Positions 18,329 to 29,905 of a stretch of 35,385 nt of DNA are shown in pieces; the stretch's first letter is position 1; each line of letters starts with the position of its first letter. The position numbers were made by a program, and so were the translations under genes. The stretch is from Bacteroidales bacterium (GTDB lineage: Bacteria; Bacteroidota; Bacteroidia; Bacteroidales; CAIWKO01). The DNA is taken from assembly GCA_035389045.1 (NCBI GenBank), contig DAOORA010000047.1, positions 1-35,385 of the forward strand. Direction: 5' to 3'. The notes under the pieces are model-generated. The model saw only the letters and a list, made by a program, of their open reading frames with translations. It did no database searches and was not told the DNA's origin.

Positions 18329-18796
18329 TCATGGCTTGGGAACTGACACCGGCGTGACAAGATCGGTATCAATTTTAACAAACTCGCCCTTAAGATTATA
18401 TAACAGTGATTTACTTTCTTTCTTCTTTTTCAGTTCAACAACATAATAATCCCCGTCGGTACGGTATTGTATTGATGATTTAAAAACCTTATACCCCTCA
18501 TAGTTGGCCAGGACATTATCTTTTATGCTTTGCGGTACATATTTATAGGGCATTGTCCAGACTGTTTTAACCCATTCGCCGCTTTGCTTGATATCTACAG
18601 TCGCTATTAACTCATCCTTGGTGAATGACGCCTTATAGATTTCTCCTGTCAACTCCCACGCTGGAGTTATGGTATCATTAACTTTGTTAAAAAGCATATT
18701 CATTACAGCAGGAGGCACCTGCCCCTTAGTGATTTTTTGAGCAAATGCGGTATAGCTCAAAATAACACAAGCAAAAAGAACAATTGATTTTTTCAT
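18329..18796 (-). CDS. Exported PepSY-like / beta-lactamase-inhibitor-like domain protein
   Basis: Signal peptide ending AFA-Q; two repeats of VPxAV/VPQSI...W...Y, ending in YNLKGEFVK. Confidence 0.7.
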   Translation of the reverse strand: MKKSIVLFACVILSYTAFAQKITKGQVPPAVMNMLFNKVNDTITPAWELTGEIYKASFTKDELIATVDIKQSGEWVKTVWTMPYKYVPQSIKDNVLANYEGYKVFKSSIQYRTDGDYYVVELKKKKESKSLLYNLKGEFVKIDTDLVTPVSVPKP

Positions 18797-18851
18797 CTTA
18801 TTTTTTTTACGAAATTACTATTTCTTAGAACTCAAAGAATATTTTTACAAA

Positions 18852-19661
18852 TTAATTTACAAGAGAGGTGAAAGGATTTTTCAGTCCGGCATATTCCATA
18901 AGTTCCATTTTTACCTTGCCGACAATAACTTCTGATTCGCCCATGATCGGGATCCTGTTTTTATCGTCCGTAACCCATATTAATACCGGGTAAGGGTCTT
19001 TGAAAACCGTTCCTGTGAGCACCTGTGGTTTTATTTTAATACATCGTACTTTACCGAAACTGGTTTTAATGGTTTCTTTTCCCATGTAAATCACCTTAGT
19101 GGAATATATTGTATCGTCCAGCATGAATTTTATTTTAAAATCACCACTTTCATCAATTTTTGTGATGTCTACTGTCCGGCAGTAATAAATGGCGGAGAGA
19201 ATATCGTGAATGTACTCCGGGGTTGGCATGTCAGATGTCCTGGAATTCTTGTTATCAACAAAATATGCAACATTTTTATTCTGATTAAACGTGATGTCCT
19301 GGTTGATAATGTATCCTCCTTCATCGACCCGCCGCATAAAAAGCCAGGGAGCCAGTGTCTGTACATCCACATAGGTTTCGTAACGGTCGTAAACTTTGAA
19401 AAACCAGTTAAAAGCGCCCTTGGTCTTTCCGACAACCGAGATATGATAGGTGTCGCGGTCTTTAATTTTCTTGTTTTCATCCTTGACTTCAAATGTGCAT
19501 GTCCCTGCTGTAACTTCGCCGGTAAGAAAGGAATCATAATAGGCTTTATACTTTAAGAATTCTCCTCTCTGGTAGGCGTCGTTTTTCTCGACTCTTAACT
19601 GCGCGAAGCCTGCTGTGACCATTAAGCTAAAGACTATCGCAAAAAACATTTTTGTTTTCAT
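18852..19661 (-). CDS. DUF3108-family exported protein
   Basis: Signal peptide from MKTKMFF (start moved from 19703); GEFLKY, FFKVYDRYET, HDILSAIYY, GKETIKTSFGKVRC, IWVTDDKNRIP. Confidence 0.82.
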   Translation of the reverse strand: MKTKMFFAIVFSLMVTAGFAQLRVEKNDAYQRGEFLKYKAYYDSFLTGEVTAGTCTFEVKDENKKIKDRDTYHISVVGKTKGAFNWFFKVYDRYETYVDVQTLAPWLFMRRVDEGGYIINQDITFNQNKNVAYFVDNKNSRTSDMPTPEYIHDILSAIYYCRTVDITKIDESGDFKIKFMLDDTIYSTKVIYMGKETIKTSFGKVRCIKIKPQVLTGTVFKDPYPVLIWVTDDKNRIPIMGESEVIVGKVKMELMEYAGLKNPFTSLVN

Positions 19662-19733
19662 TTCGGTTTTAATTTGAAAGCATAAAGACAAAATCTGTTC
19701 CAAAAAATTTTATTTTGATGGTCATAAAACTTT

Positions 19734-22499
19734 TCAGACAACAATATTGATGATTTTTCCCGGAACAACGATCACTTTCCTGGGGGATTTTCCGGTAAGC
19801 CATTTTTCGGCATCCTTATGCTCCAGAACTGTTTTTTCAATATCAGAAACCGGCATATCAACGGGTAATTCGAGTGTAAAACGCATTTTACCGTTAAAGG
19901 AAACAGCATAAGTGCAGGTATTTTCAACAATATATTCATGATTAAATTCGGGAAAAGCAGCCTTACTGATACTTTCTTTATTACCCAGCAAACACCATAA
20001 TTCTTCTGAGATGTGCGGTGCATAAGGCGATAGAATAATTGCCAGGTCGCACAGTATCGCCCGCTTGTTGCATTTCAGATCAGAAAGTTCATTTACGCAG
20101 ATCATGAATGTGCTAACGGCTGTATTAAAAGAAAAACGCTCTATATCCTCCTGCACTTTTTTAATGGTTTTGTGCAGCACTTTCAGTTCTTCTTTAGTGG
20201 GTTGTTCGTCCGAAACCGTGAAATTATTCCCCTGGTCATGATAAAGTCTCCATAGTTTGCGGATAAAACGGAATACACCTTCAATACCTTTGGTATCCCA
20301 GGGTTTATGCTGTTCAATTGGTCCAAGGAACATTTCGTACAATCTCAGCGTATCAGCGCCATATTTTTCAATCAGGTCGTCAGGAGAAACAATGTTATAC
20401 TTTGATTTGGACATTTTCTCGACCTCGGAGCCACAAACATATTTACCATCCTCCAATATAAATTCCGCATCGGCAAGGTCGGGGCGCCAGGTCTTAAATT
20501 CATTGGTATCGAGAATATCGTTATTCACCATGTTGATATCCACCAGTAAGGAATCTGTTTCGTAGTTATTCTTCAGGTTTAATGACACAAATTTGTTTGT
20601 TCCTTTGATCCGGTAGACATAACTTGATCGTCCCTGTATCATCCCCTGATTGATCAGTTTTTTAAACGGTTCATCCTTACAGGCAAGGCCGAGGTCAAAT
20701 AAAAACTTGTTCCAGAAACGCGAATACATCAGGTGTCCCGTAGCATGTTCGGCACCACCAATGTATAAGTCCACATTTTCCCAATAATGGTTGGCTTCTT
20801 TTGAAAAATATTCCCTGTCGTTATGAGGGTCCATATAGCGCAGGTAATAGGCGCTGCTTCCTGCAAAACCGGGCATGGTATTCGTTTCGAGCGGATAACC
20901 CTCTTTTGTTTTCCAGTTTTTGGCCCGTGCCAGAGGCGGTTCACCTGTTACAGTAGGCAGGTAAGCATCAACAGCGGGTAATTCCAGCGGCAACTCTGAT
21001 TCATCCAGCACGCTGGGAATACCATCCCGGTAGTACACGGGAAATGGTTCGCCCCAGTAGCGTTGCCGGCTGAAGATAGCATCACGCAGGCGATAATTGA
21101 TTTTTCGGTAACCGATGCCAGTTTCTTCGGCTTTAGCTATCACTGCCTTAGCGCCTTCCAGGGCACTCAGGCTATTGATAAATCCCGAATTGATACATTT
21201 TCCTTCTTTGGACTCAAAGGCTTCTTTGGTAATTTCCCCACCGGAAATAACTTCTTTCAGTGGCAGACCGAAATGATTTGCGAAAGCCCAGTCGCGGCTG
21301 TCGTGGGCAGGAACAGCCATTACAGCGCCTGTTCCATATCCTGCCAGCACATAATCGCCTACCCAGACAGGGACTTCTTCCCTTGTAAAGGGATTAACAG
21401 CAAAAGCCCCTGTAAATTCACCGGTAATTCGTTTCACATCAGCAATACGTTCGCGTTCGCTCCGGTTTTTGGTTTCGGTAATATAATGGTCAATGATTGC
21501 TTTGCGGTCGGGAGTTGAAATGATGTTAACATATTCGTGCTCCGGCGCCAGGGTTAAATAGGTGACGCCAAATATGGTATCGGGACGGGTGGTAAAAACC
21601 TCAATAAACAAATCCTCATGGCCCTTTACAGGGAATTTTATCATGGCGCCTTCCGACCTTCCTATCCAGTTTCGTTGTATTTCCTTAATAGAATCGGGCC
21701 AGTCGATGATGTCGAGGCCGTTTAGCAGCCTGTCAGCATAAGCCGCAATACGGAGCAGCCATTGTTTCATGGTTTTTCGCACCACCGGATGCCCGCCGCG
21801 CACGGAAAAGCCATCGGCAACCTCATCGTTAGCCAGCACACAGCCCAATGCCGGGCACCAGTTTACTATAGAATCAGCAAAATAGGCCAGGCGAAAATTC
21901 ATAAGCATATCCCGTTTTTCTTTTTCCGAAAAAGCGTTCCATCCTGCTGCATCAAAAGCGGCAAAAGGTGAACAGGCGGCCTGCACTCCTGAGGAGCCAC
22001 AGCTTTCAAATTCAGCGATCAGGTCATCTATGGGTTCGGCCTTATCCGTTTTTTTGTTATACCAGGTTTGGAAAAGTTTAATAAATGTCCACTGTGTCCA
22101 TTTATAATATTTCGGATCGCTGGTACGTACTTCGCGGTCCCAGTCGAAAGAAAATCCCATTTTGTCTAATTGTTCGCGATACCGGGCAATATTATTTTCG
22201 GTGGTCACTGCCGGATGCTGGCCTGTCTGTATGGCATATTGTTCAGCAGGCAGTCCAAAGGCATCATAGCCCATAGGATGAAGTACATTAAAGCCTTTCA
22301 GCCTTTTATACCGTGCAAAAATATCTGATGCAATGTATCCCAGGGGATGCCCCACATGTAAGCCAGCGCCCGACGGATAAGGGAACATGTCAAGTACATA
22401 GTATTTCGGTTTGGTGTTATCGGCATCCGCTTTGAAAGTTTTATGAGCGCTCCAGTACTGCTGCCACTTCTTTTCTATTTCTGCAAAATTATAATCCAT
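19734..22499 (-). CDS. leuS: Leucine--tRNA ligase
   Basis: [41 protein letters not shown]. Confidence 0.98.
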   Translation of the reverse strand: MDYNFAEIEKKWQQYWSAHKTFKADADNTKPKYYVLDMFPYPSGAGLHVGHPLGYIASDIFARYKRLKGFNVLHPMGYDAFGLPAEQYAIQTGQHPAVTTENNIARYREQLDKMGFSFDWDREVRTSDPKYYKWTQWTFIKLFQTWYNKKTDKAEPIDDLIAEFESCGSSGVQAACSPFAAFDAAGWNAFSEKEKRDMLMNFRLAYFADSIVNWCPALGCVLANDEVADGFSVRGGHPVVRKTMKQWLLRIAAYADRLLNGLDIIDWPDSIKEIQRNWIGRSEGAMIKFPVKGHEDLFIEVFTTRPDTIFGVTYLTLAPEHEYVNIISTPDRKAIIDHYITETKNRSERERIADVKRITGEFTGAFAVNPFTREEVPVWVGDYVLAGYGTGAVMAVPAHDSRDWAFANHFGLPLKEVISGGEITKEAFESKEGKCINSGFINSLSALEGAKAVIAKAEETGIGYRKINYRLRDAIFSRQRYWGEPFPVYYRDGIPSVLDESELPLELPAVDAYLPTVTGEPPLARAKNWKTKEGYPLETNTMPGFAGSSAYYLRYMDPHNDREYFSKEANHYWENVDLYIGGAEHATGHLMYSRFWNKFLFDLGLACKDEPFKKLINQGMIQGRSSYVYRIKGTNKFVSLNLKNNYETDSLLVDINMVNNDILDTNEFKTWRPDLADAEFILEDGKYVCGSEVEKMSKSKYNIVSPDDLIEKYGADTLRLYEMFLGPIEQHKPWDTKGIEGVFRFIRKLWRLYHDQGNNFTVSDEQPTKEELKVLHKTIKKVQEDIERFSFNTAVSTFMICVNELSDLKCNKRAILCDLAIILSPYAPHISEELWCLLGNKESISKAAFPEFNHEYIVENTCTYAVSFNGKMRFTLELPVDMPVSDIEKTVLEHKDAEKWLTGKSPRKVIVVPGKIINIVV

Positions 22500-22517
22500 A
22501 AATTAAATATATACTTA

Positions 22518-22676
22518 GAAATTGTTTTGATTTTATCTTTTCATATCTTTATGCGTTTTTTTTGCTGCAACTTCGTTAGATTTTTCGACATAGGGTAAAC
22601 TATGTCTGCAAAATCTGCCTTGTTTCGCTAAAAAATCCATCATAAATCTTATGTAACATAAAATCAAAACAGTTTC
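22518..22676. mobile_element. MITE-like palindromic element upstream of leuS
   Basis: 19-bp terminal inverted repeats GAAATTGTTTTGATTTTAT and ATAAAATCAAAACAGTTTC (1 mismatch); TTA on both flanks (22515-22517, 22677-22679); central hairpin GACATAG-ggtaaa-CTATGTC; no transposase. Confidence 0.78.
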
Positions 22677-22939
22677 TTATAAAAATAAAATGCGAAATTA
22701 TGAAAAGATTTTGAGTTGAGGCAGATGATATTACCGGCAGATGACATTTTATTCAGGAAAGCTGTAAAAATATATGATCCCATCAGTGTCATATCTGTTT
22801 CGTATGGTACAGTCATAACCCTGCATAAGTGATTCGCCTGAACAACAATAATCAAATAGTGATCATAACTGATAAAAGCAGTGCCATCAGGTGCCGCCTG
22901 CCCATTTAAACCTACTGCCTGAAGTGCCGTCCGGATAAA

Positions 22940-24952
22940 TCATTGCTGAGTTTTATTCTTAAGACTGTTTCCCTTTTCCGCATAATATTGTGCATTAGCT
23001 TCGTCTCCGATATTCTTATAGGCAATACTCAGCAACCGCATACATTCCATATTTGACGATTCAATCTGTAATGCTTTATTCAATTCCTCTATTGCCTTTT
23101 GATGCTGCATCATATTGATGAAGCATGCGCCCTTATAAATGTATGCCATAGCGACATTATTGTCGATCGACAACAGTTTATCACATTCGTCAATCGCCTG
23201 CTGATATTGACCCATCGCCATATGTGCATGGCTTTTTTTAATGTAAGCATCAATATATTGGGGATAATACTGGAGCGATATATCAAGAACTTCCAGCGCT
23301 TTTAAGGGTTGCCCGTTGTTGGCATACAAAAATCCCAGGTCACACAAAACATCCGGACGGGGCACGGTCTTATAGGTAAGGTTTTTTTCATAACATTTTA
23401 TGGCATTTTCAATATCTCCTTTATAATTATAAGCTCTTGCCAGGTGAGTATAGGCAATGGGGAGATCATAAATCGTGAGGGCTGTTGAAAAATGTTTTAT
23501 AGCGGTATCAAGCAGGCGGTTTTGTTCTTCTTTAGTTTTCGCCCTGGGATATTGGTTATACAGTAATTCCTCGCCATAAAAATCATGAGCCCTTGCACTG
23601 TGAGTGGCTACCTTAACATCATGAGCGTATAAAGTCGCATTGTCTTTCCAGACGGGATTTCTTGTAACAGTTCTGAAAGAATACAATCCGGTGATAACGA
23701 ATACGATTGAAAATAAAACCAGGTTTTTCCGAATATGCTGGTTAAAGGGTGTGTTCTTATTTTTAAAGACATCGGTTTTAGTGATTTTCACCAACAAGAG
23801 TGTCAAAACCAGACAAAAGCCCAACGAAGGCATGAACAAGAAGCGTTCGGCCATGGTACAATTGATCAGCAGGAATATATTTGATACCGGAACAAGCGTC
23901 AGGAGGTAAAATAATATAGCATATGCATAAATATTTTTTTTCCATATTTTTATTATCGCATAACTCCCGATGGCCAGATAAAACAACAAGCCGATTATGG
24001 CTCCGGGGCTTGACATGTGCTGGAAAGGTATTTGTTCAATAGAATAATCATACGAAAGCTGACAGGGAAAAAACAGCAGTAGTATATAGCGGAGCAATAT
24101 ATAAAAAGCGGTTGCTTTCTGGATGACAAAATCCGGGGCAGCCCTAAGGGCATTGATAAAAGGGTCGTTCTGAGCAATGGCAACGCTGTCGGGAAGTGAG
24201 GCCAGGACTTTGGCGCGTATCAAAAAAAACACTCCGGTAATAAGTACCATCGTGGTTGTAATTATTATTATTTTTTTATTGTCTTTTTTAGTAAAAACAA
24301 ACAATGTCAGTGGCGTCAGTATTAAGTATACGATACCGGTCTCTTTAGATAAAACCGATAAAAAATAACAACAGGAAGCAAGTACAAATTTAAAGACAGA
24401 TTTTTTTTCTTTTTCTGAAATAAAAAAGTACAGAGAAAGCAGGGCAAAAAGGAAACATAATACTTCATCCAGACTCTTGATATTAACCACTACTTCGGAA
24501 TGAAGAGGGTGAGCCGCATAGAATAAGGAACAGATAAAGGGAACGATATAGTTCTGGTTTTTAAACAGTTTGCAAAGCAAGATGAACAAAAGCCAGCATG
24601 TTATTGCATATATGAGTGTATTAAAAAAATGATACGCATGAGGGTTGTCCGGGAAAAACTGAGACTCTGCAGCAAAAAAGGCCATAGGTACGGGGCGATA
24701 TTCCGGCATTCTTACGGATTCGTCGTTAAGTCCGAGATACCTGTCGGTAACAAAAAGTATCGGGATAGCAGCAAAGCCTTTGCTCACCAGTGTATTTCCC
24801 TTAATAACCGAGTAGTCGTCCAGAGCATAATCATAGGAAACACTTTGAATGTAAAGACAAAAAGCAAAAACAGCAATAACTGCACTCAGTATATACCGCT
24901 GCTTTTTTGATGCGGACATGTCGGCCTGCAGATCCTTTTTATTTTTTTTCAT
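22940..24952 (-). CDS. TMTC-family (DUF1736-like) membrane protein with C-terminal TPRs; putative GT-C protein O-mannosyltransferase
   Basis: LDD motif after TM1, YRP, FYAAHPLHSEVV, LSKETG, LSYDYS, MAERFLFMPSLG, RNPVWKD, then TPR repeats. Confidence 0.88.
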   Translation of the reverse strand: MKKNKKDLQADMSASKKQRYILSAVIAVFAFCLYIQSVSYDYALDDYSVIKGNTLVSKGFAAIPILFVTDRYLGLNDESVRMPEYRPVPMAFFAAESQFFPDNPHAYHFFNTLIYAITCWLLFILLCKLFKNQNYIVPFICSLFYAAHPLHSEVVVNIKSLDEVLCFLFALLSLYFFISEKEKKSVFKFVLASCCYFLSVLSKETGIVYLILTPLTLFVFTKKDNKKIIIITTTMVLITGVFFLIRAKVLASLPDSVAIAQNDPFINALRAAPDFVIQKATAFYILLRYILLLFFPCQLSYDYSIEQIPFQHMSSPGAIIGLLFYLAIGSYAIIKIWKKNIYAYAILFYLLTLVPVSNIFLLINCTMAERFLFMPSLGFCLVLTLLLVKITKTDVFKNKNTPFNQHIRKNLVLFSIVFVITGLYSFRTVTRNPVWKDNATLYAHDVKVATHSARAHDFYGEELLYNQYPRAKTKEEQNRLLDTAIKHFSTALTIYDLPIAYTHLARAYNYKGDIENAIKCYEKNLTYKTVPRPDVLCDLGFLYANNGQPLKALEVLDISLQYYPQYIDAYIKKSHAHMAMGQYQQAIDECDKLLSIDNNVAMAYIYKGACFINMMQHQKAIEELNKALQIESSNMECMRLLSIAYKNIGDEANAQYYAEKGNSLKNKTQQ

Positions 24953-25254
24953 TTATTGATCAATGATTATTCATGAATAAATATCCACGCAGTAACAAAT
25001 CCCTTTGATTCCCTGCTGAAACAATATTTTTAAACTTTTGCGTATAAAATTATACATATTTTAGAAAAACAGGTTTTGCTTTATTTGATTTTAACATATA
25101 GTCATTCACAAAAACCGCCACGCCTTACATACCTATCCCGCATATGCATTTGACTGAATAATGCCTGACCATAAAAAGTTCTGGACAATTATTACTTCTC
25201 CTGATTTTTTTCTTTTACATGAAATTTACTAATTTAGCAGCCAAATCGAATTCG

Positions 25255-26136
25255 ATGTCCAGGAAAGAAGAAAGGTTTTCGAGGCGCAGGCTCAACAGTT
25301 CAAGGGTTACGACCATTGTCAGCATATCGCTTGTATTGTTTGCTATCGGGCTGGTCGGGTTGTTGTTGCTTCACACTAAAAAACTTTCTGATTATGTAAA
25401 AGAAAACATCGGCTTTACCGTTTACATCAATAAAAATGTTAAGGAAGCCGAGATCATGCAGTTGAAAAAAGAACTTGACACAATGGAATATGTTCGTTAT
25501 ACCGATTACATCAGTGAAGAGAAGGCGGCCGAAGCATTTCAGAAGGAGCTGGGCGATGATTTTGTCAGTTTCATCGGATATAATCCTTTGCATACCTCCA
25601 TTGAGGTGCATCTGAAAGCACAATATGCCAAGGATTTCTATTTCGACCAGATGGAAACCATGCTCAAAGATAAGCCCATCGTCAAAGAAATATCATATCA
25701 GAAATCACTGGTCAACACCATCAATGACAATGTAAGAAAAATCTCAGTAGTGTTACTGGTGTTCAGCCTGCTGTTGCTCATAATAGCAGTCACCCTGATC
25801 AATAACACCATCAGACTGGCGGTTTATTCCAAGCGTTTTCTGATAAAAAGCATGCAACTGGTCGGCGCTACCGAAGGATTTATACGTAAGCCTTTTCTTA
25901 CCGTAAGCATTATTCATGGACTTATATCCTCATTCATCGCTATCGGGATGCTGGTACTTGTAATTTATATTTCACGAAAAGAAATTCCCGAAATCATAAG
26001 CCTGCAGAGCCTTGACCTTTTTCTTATATTATTTGTTTTTGTCATTCTGATAGGTTTTATCATTTCGCTTATTTCGACATTTATCGCTGTGAGAAAATAT
26101 CTAAAACTCAATATAGATTACCTTTATCTGCAATAA
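25255..26136 (+). CDS. ftsX: Cell division permease-like protein FtsX
   Basis: YISEEKA, NPL, LINNTIRLAVYSKRFLIKSMQLVGAT..FIRKPF. Start moved to MSRKEE because TAATTTAG (25230-25237) lies within the longer ORF. Confidence 0.92.
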   Translation: MSRKEERFSRRRLNSSRVTTIVSISLVLFAIGLVGLLLLHTKKLSDYVKENIGFTVYINKNVKEAEIMQLKKELDTMEYVRYTDYISEEKAAEAFQKELGDDFVSFIGYNPLHTSIEVHLKAQYAKDFYFDQMETMLKDKPIVKEISYQKSLVNTINDNVRKISVVLLVFSLLLLIIAVTLINNTIRLAVYSKRFLIKSMQLVGATEGFIRKPFLTVSIIHGLISSFIAIGMLVLVIYISRKEIPEIISLQSLDLFLILFVFVILIGFIISLISTFIAVRKYLKLNIDYLYLQ

Positions 26137-26165
26137 ATTTTTGATTTATTAAAACTTGAAGTAAA

Positions 26166-26531
26166 ATGGCACAAAAAAGAAAACCAAACATAGTAAAGAA
26201 ACCCGTTCCCGCGGAAACCATAAAAGTTGAAAATACAATTGCACCCAAAACGGTGGTACCTAAAGCAATTATTAAACAGAAACCGTCTGAAAGTAAAAAA
26301 TCAGGTTTTTTATTTGACAAAAGAAATTATGTACTGATGCTGGCAGGTATTGTGTTTATCATTGTTGGGCTGATTGTTATGTCGGGCGGCGGATCAAAAG
26401 ATCCGAATGTTTTCAATCCTGATATTTTTAACACCCGCAGACTGACGGTGGCTCCGCTCCTGATATTATCAGGATTTGTTATTGAGGTTTTTGCCATCAT
26501 GCTTAAACCTGTGCAGAAATCGGAAGCATGA
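26166..26531 (+). CDS. DUF3098 membrane protein
   Basis: LFDKRNY...[19 protein letters not shown]...RRLTVAP; usual position between ftsX and uppP. Confidence 0.85.
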   Translation: MAQKRKPNIVKKPVPAETIKVENTIAPKTVVPKAIIKQKPSESKKSGFLFDKRNYVLMLAGIVFIIVGLIVMSGGGSKDPNVFNPDIFNTRRLTVAPLLILSGFVIEVFAIMLKPVQKSEA

Positions 26532-27331
26532 CCTATCCGGAAGCCATTATCATTGCCATTGTGGAAGGGATCACGGAGTTCTTACCCATTTCCTCCACCG
26601 GGCATATGATCATAACTGAAAAATTACTTGGCCTTGAGAGCACCGAATTTATCAAAGCATTTACTGTAAACATTCAGTTCGGTGCTATTTTGTCCGTCGT
26701 GGTGATGTATTTCAAACGCTTTTTTCAGTCGTTTGATTTTTATCTTAAGCTACTGGTGGCCTGTATCCCTTTGATAATCGCCTTTTTACTGGAAAAGTTC
26801 ATTGATCAGATGCTGGAAAGTGTTCTGATTGTGGCCATCGCTCTGTTTGCCGGAGGAATCATACTGATTTTTGTTGATAAATGGTTCAAAAATCAGGAGG
26901 GGGCAAATAAAGCGCTGTCAAATAAAAATGCGTTTCTGATCGGATTGTTTCAGATTATTTCTGTAATTCCGGGTATCAGCCGTTCGGCAGCCACTATCAT
27001 TGGCGGCATGACACAGGGATTAAACCGAAAGCAGGCAGCCGAATTCAGTTTTTTTCTTGCTGTACCTACCATGCTTGCAGCATCGGGATATAAACTGTTA
27101 TCAAATTACAAAACACTCTTTTTTAATACTGACCAACGTTTAAACACTCATAATATATCCCTGCTGTTGGTCGGAAATCTTGTTGCCTTTGTGGTTGCCA
27201 TGGCCGCTATAAAATTTTTAATTGCCTTTCTTACCAAACACGGGTTTAAATTTTTCGGATATTACAGAATCGGGTTGGGACTCCTTCTTATTATCCTGTT
27301 ACTATCCGGCATTGACCTGAAAATCTCCTGA
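26528..27331 (+). CDS. uppP: Undecaprenyl-diphosphate phosphatase
   Basis: [43 protein letters not shown]. Confidence 0.96.
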   Translation: MTYPEAIIIAIVEGITEFLPISSTGHMIITEKLLGLESTEFIKAFTVNIQFGAILSVVVMYFKRFFQSFDFYLKLLVACIPLIIAFLLEKFIDQMLESVLIVAIALFAGGIILIFVDKWFKNQEGANKALSNKNAFLIGLFQIISVIPGISRSAATIIGGMTQGLNRKQAAEFSFFLAVPTMLAASGYKLLSNYKTLFFNTDQRLNTHNISLLLVGNLVAFVVAMAAIKFLIAFLTKHGFKFFGYYRIGLGLLLIILLLSGIDLKIS

Positions 27332-27332
27332 C

Positions 27333-28031
27333 ATGTTTTTTAATTTCCAGGAAGGCGAAATACTATACATTGATAAGCCCTATAAGTGGACTTCCTTTGA
27401 CGTGGTAGGTAAAATCAGGTATATGCTTAAGTACCAATTAGGTATAAAAAAGATAAAAGTGGGGCACAGCGGAACCCTTGATCCGCTGGCCACGGGCTTA
27501 TTGATTATTTGTACCGGGAAGGCCACAAAAAGAATAGAAGAATTCCTGAATCTCGACAAGGTATATTCCGGCACCATGATTCTTGGGGCAACGACGCCTT
27601 CGTATGACCTTGAAACAGAAATAAATCAAACCTTTGATATTTCGGGGTTGACCGAAGAAGACATCATACAAAGCACCTGCCGGTTTATCGGGATACAGGA
27701 TCAAATACCGCCTGTTTATTCTGCCATAAAAATAAACGGCAAAAGGGCTTATGAGATGGCACGAAACAAGCAGGAATGTATACTGGAACCCAAGAAAATT
27801 GAAATCCGCCGTTTTGAGATAACAAATATCAAATTACCGGCGGTTGAATTTATCGTTGAATGTAGTAAAGGCACGTATATCCGCTCGCTGGCCAGTGATT
27901 TCGGAGCGTCACTGGGATGTGGCGCCCACCTGAGCACCCTTTGTCGCGATTTCATAGGAACAATATCACTTAAAGATGCCCTGAGCATTGAACAGCTTGA
28001 GTTTCTGGTATCGCAGCAGCCCAAACCATAA
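27333..28031 (+). CDS. truB: tRNA pseudouridine(55) synthase
   Basis: DKP..WTSFDVV, KVGHSGTLDPLATGLL, PPVYSAIK, CSKGTYIRSLA. Confidence 0.96.
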   Translation: MFFNFQEGEILYIDKPYKWTSFDVVGKIRYMLKYQLGIKKIKVGHSGTLDPLATGLLIICTGKATKRIEEFLNLDKVYSGTMILGATTPSYDLETEINQTFDISGLTEEDIIQSTCRFIGIQDQIPPVYSAIKINGKRAYEMARNKQECILEPKKIEIRRFEITNIKLPAVEFIVECSKGTYIRSLASDFGASLGCGAHLSTLCRDFIGTISLKDALSIEQLEFLVSQQPKP

Positions 28032-28116
28032 ATTCTACAGTGGGGAGGATTTACTGTTTGAAATTTTATTGATGCGAATCCTTATAATTATTGCAGGTTT
28101 ATAAGAGCGTTTTATT

Positions 28117-28144
28117 AAAAAAAAAGCCTCCATGCGGAAGCTTT
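28117..28144 (-). terminator. Intrinsic terminator for the DUF2795 gene
   Basis: Minus strand AAAGCTTCC-gcat-GGAGGCTTT followed by a T-run. Confidence 0.75.
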
Positions 28145-28171
28145 GTCATTGGTGAATAACCAAAATATCTA

Positions 28172-28393
28172 TTAATATTCATCTTCATGAAAGAAAAAAT
28201 CTTCTTTAGTTGGATAATCCGGCCAGATATCTTCAATACTCTCATATATCTCACCTTCATCTTCAATTTCTTTAAGATTTTCGATTACTTCCGAAGGTAA
28301 GCCGGTACGCACTGCATAATCTATCAATTCGTCTTTGGTTGCTGGCCAGGGCGCATCCTCCAATTTTGAGGCTAATTCTAATGTCCAATACAT
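28172..28393 (-). CDS. DUF2795 small acidic protein
   Basis: MYWTLELASKLEDAPWPATKDELIDYA...IWPDYPT; -7 element TATTTTTG at 28417-28424 (minus). Confidence 0.92.
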   Translation of the reverse strand: MYWTLELASKLEDAPWPATKDELIDYAVRTGLPSEVIENLKEIEDEGEIYESIEDIWPDYPTKEDFFFHEDEY

Positions 28394-28574
28394 ATTTCCT
28401 GGTTTTAATTTTTTTGCAAAAATATATTAATTAAAGTAAAAAAGGCAAGCAAAAATTGTAAATATTTATGCTTTCATGTTAAAAGTATGATTATCAAGTT
28501 GTTGACTATAACAAATCCGCGTGATTTGAAAAATAACGAATATAAATTGAATTTTATTGAGTATGCCGCGTTAA

Positions 28575-29138
28575 TTATTTTCCAGGATTCCAGAAATTCT
28601 CTTCGATTCCAAGTTCTTTTGCAATGAAACGAGCCAGTACAAAAAGATAATCCGACAGGCGGTTAATATATTTCAGCGATAACATGTTTTCAGGTTCTTT
28701 CCTTCCCGACCGGGCTATGGCTCGTTCAGCCCTGCGACACACGGTACAAGCAATATAGCAGTATGAAACTGTTGGATGGCCTCCCGGTAAGATAAAATAT
28801 TGCTGTATCGGAAGTTGTTCATTCATCCGGTCGATTTCATGTTCCAGCATTTCCACATCCTGTTCACGCAGTACGGAAATGCCGGCAAGGACTTCAGCAC
28901 TTGCGGCAGCCATAACAGATTCAATAATAAATATGTGGGACTGAATGGATAACAATGTTTTTTTCACTTCTTGTTCGAGTGCAAAATCGCGTATCAGTCC
29001 GATAAAAGAGTTCAGTTCATCCAATGTGCCGCAAGCTTCTATTCTTGGATCGTATTTTTCTACGCGGACACCTCCGATCAATGATGTCTGGCCGGAGTCC
29101 CCAGTTTTAGTATAAATTTTATTTTTATGTGTTTTCAT
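28575..29138 (-). CDS. PduO-type ATP:cob(I)alamin adenosyltransferase
   Basis: [46 protein letters not shown]. Confidence 0.92.
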   Translation of the reverse strand: MKTHKNKIYTKTGDSGQTSLIGGVRVEKYDPRIEACGTLDELNSFIGLIRDFALEQEVKKTLLSIQSHIFIIESVMAAASAEVLAGISVLREQDVEMLEHEIDRMNEQLPIQQYFILPGGHPTVSYCYIACTVCRRAERAIARSGRKEPENMLSLKYINRLSDYLFVLARFIAKELGIEENFWNPGK

Positions 29139-29878
29139 TCTTCTTCTTCAGCCACAATATCTTTTTTATAAAACTCCATTTTACGGATTTTTTCATTGGG
29201 CAAGTCGGTATCAACAAAACCATCTTTAAGCCGGATGATGCGATGTGCATGACGGGCAATATCTTCTTCATGAGTGACCAGGATGATGGTATTTCCCTGT
29301 TCGTGTATCTCTTCAAATAATCCCATAATTTCCACTGATGTTTTCGAATCCAGATTCCCTGTAGGTTCATCTGCCAGAATAATAGATGGTTTATTCACCA
29401 GTGCGCGGGCAATAGCCACACGCTGACGTTGTCCTCCCGATAGTTCATTTGGTTTATGCGTAATACGGTCGGCAAGTTGTACCTGCTCCAGCACCTGCCC
29501 AGCTCTTTCGATACGCCTTTGCTTATTATACCCGGCATATACCAGCGGCAAGGATACGTTTTCCAGCGCCGTAGCCCGCGGCAGTAAGTTAAATGTCTGG
29601 AATACGAATCCGATTTCCTTGTTGCGGATCTCGGCCAGTTCATTATCATCAAGCTGGCTTACATCTTTATTGTTAAGGATATATTTGCCGTTTGTGGCCG
29701 TATCCAGGCATCCGAGTATATTCATCAGGGTGGATTTTCCTGAGCCGGAAGGCCCCATAAGGGCAACATATTCATTTTTGCAAATAGTAATAGTAATATC
29801 CTGTAGGGCTTTTACAATATGTGTCCCGACTTTATAATACCTGGTAATACCCTCCAGACTTATGATCTCCTGCTTCAT
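29135..29878 (-). CDS. ABC transporter ATP-binding protein (LolD/MacB-like)
   Basis: [43 protein letters not shown]; -7 element TACTTTTG at 29896-29903 (minus). Confidence 0.93.
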   Translation of the reverse strand: MKQEIISLEGITRYYKVGTHIVKALQDITITICKNEYVALMGPSGSGKSTLMNILGCLDTATNGKYILNNKDVSQLDDNELAEIRNKEIGFVFQTFNLLPRATALENVSLPLVYAGYNKQRRIERAGQVLEQVQLADRITHKPNELSGGQRQRVAIARALVNKPSIILADEPTGNLDSKTSVEIMGLFEEIHEQGNTIILVTHEEDIARHAHRIIRLKDGFVDTDLPNEKIRKMEFYKKDIVAEEEE

Positions 29879-29905
29879 AGAACATGATTCTTGAACAAAA
29901 GTAAC

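Noticed and set aside
22500..22940. T-box or other aminoacyl-tRNA synthetase leader upstream of leuS, and the 63-aa ORF 22664-22855
   Set aside because: No T-box consensus or specifier loop found; the structure is better explained by a TIR/TSD-bounded element; the ORF has no support.
10920..28500. TGATTATCA-like semi-palindromes in several intergenic regions (about 10927, 12855, 12971, 28488)
   Set aside because: Too degenerate in AT-rich DNA to distinguish from background without a genome-wide count.
25255..29878. ftsX without ftsE, and the nearby ABC ATPase as FtsE
   Set aside because: Unlinked ftsE and ftsX is usual in Bacteroidota; the ATPase is LolD/MacB-like and belongs to a separate opposite-strand gene string.
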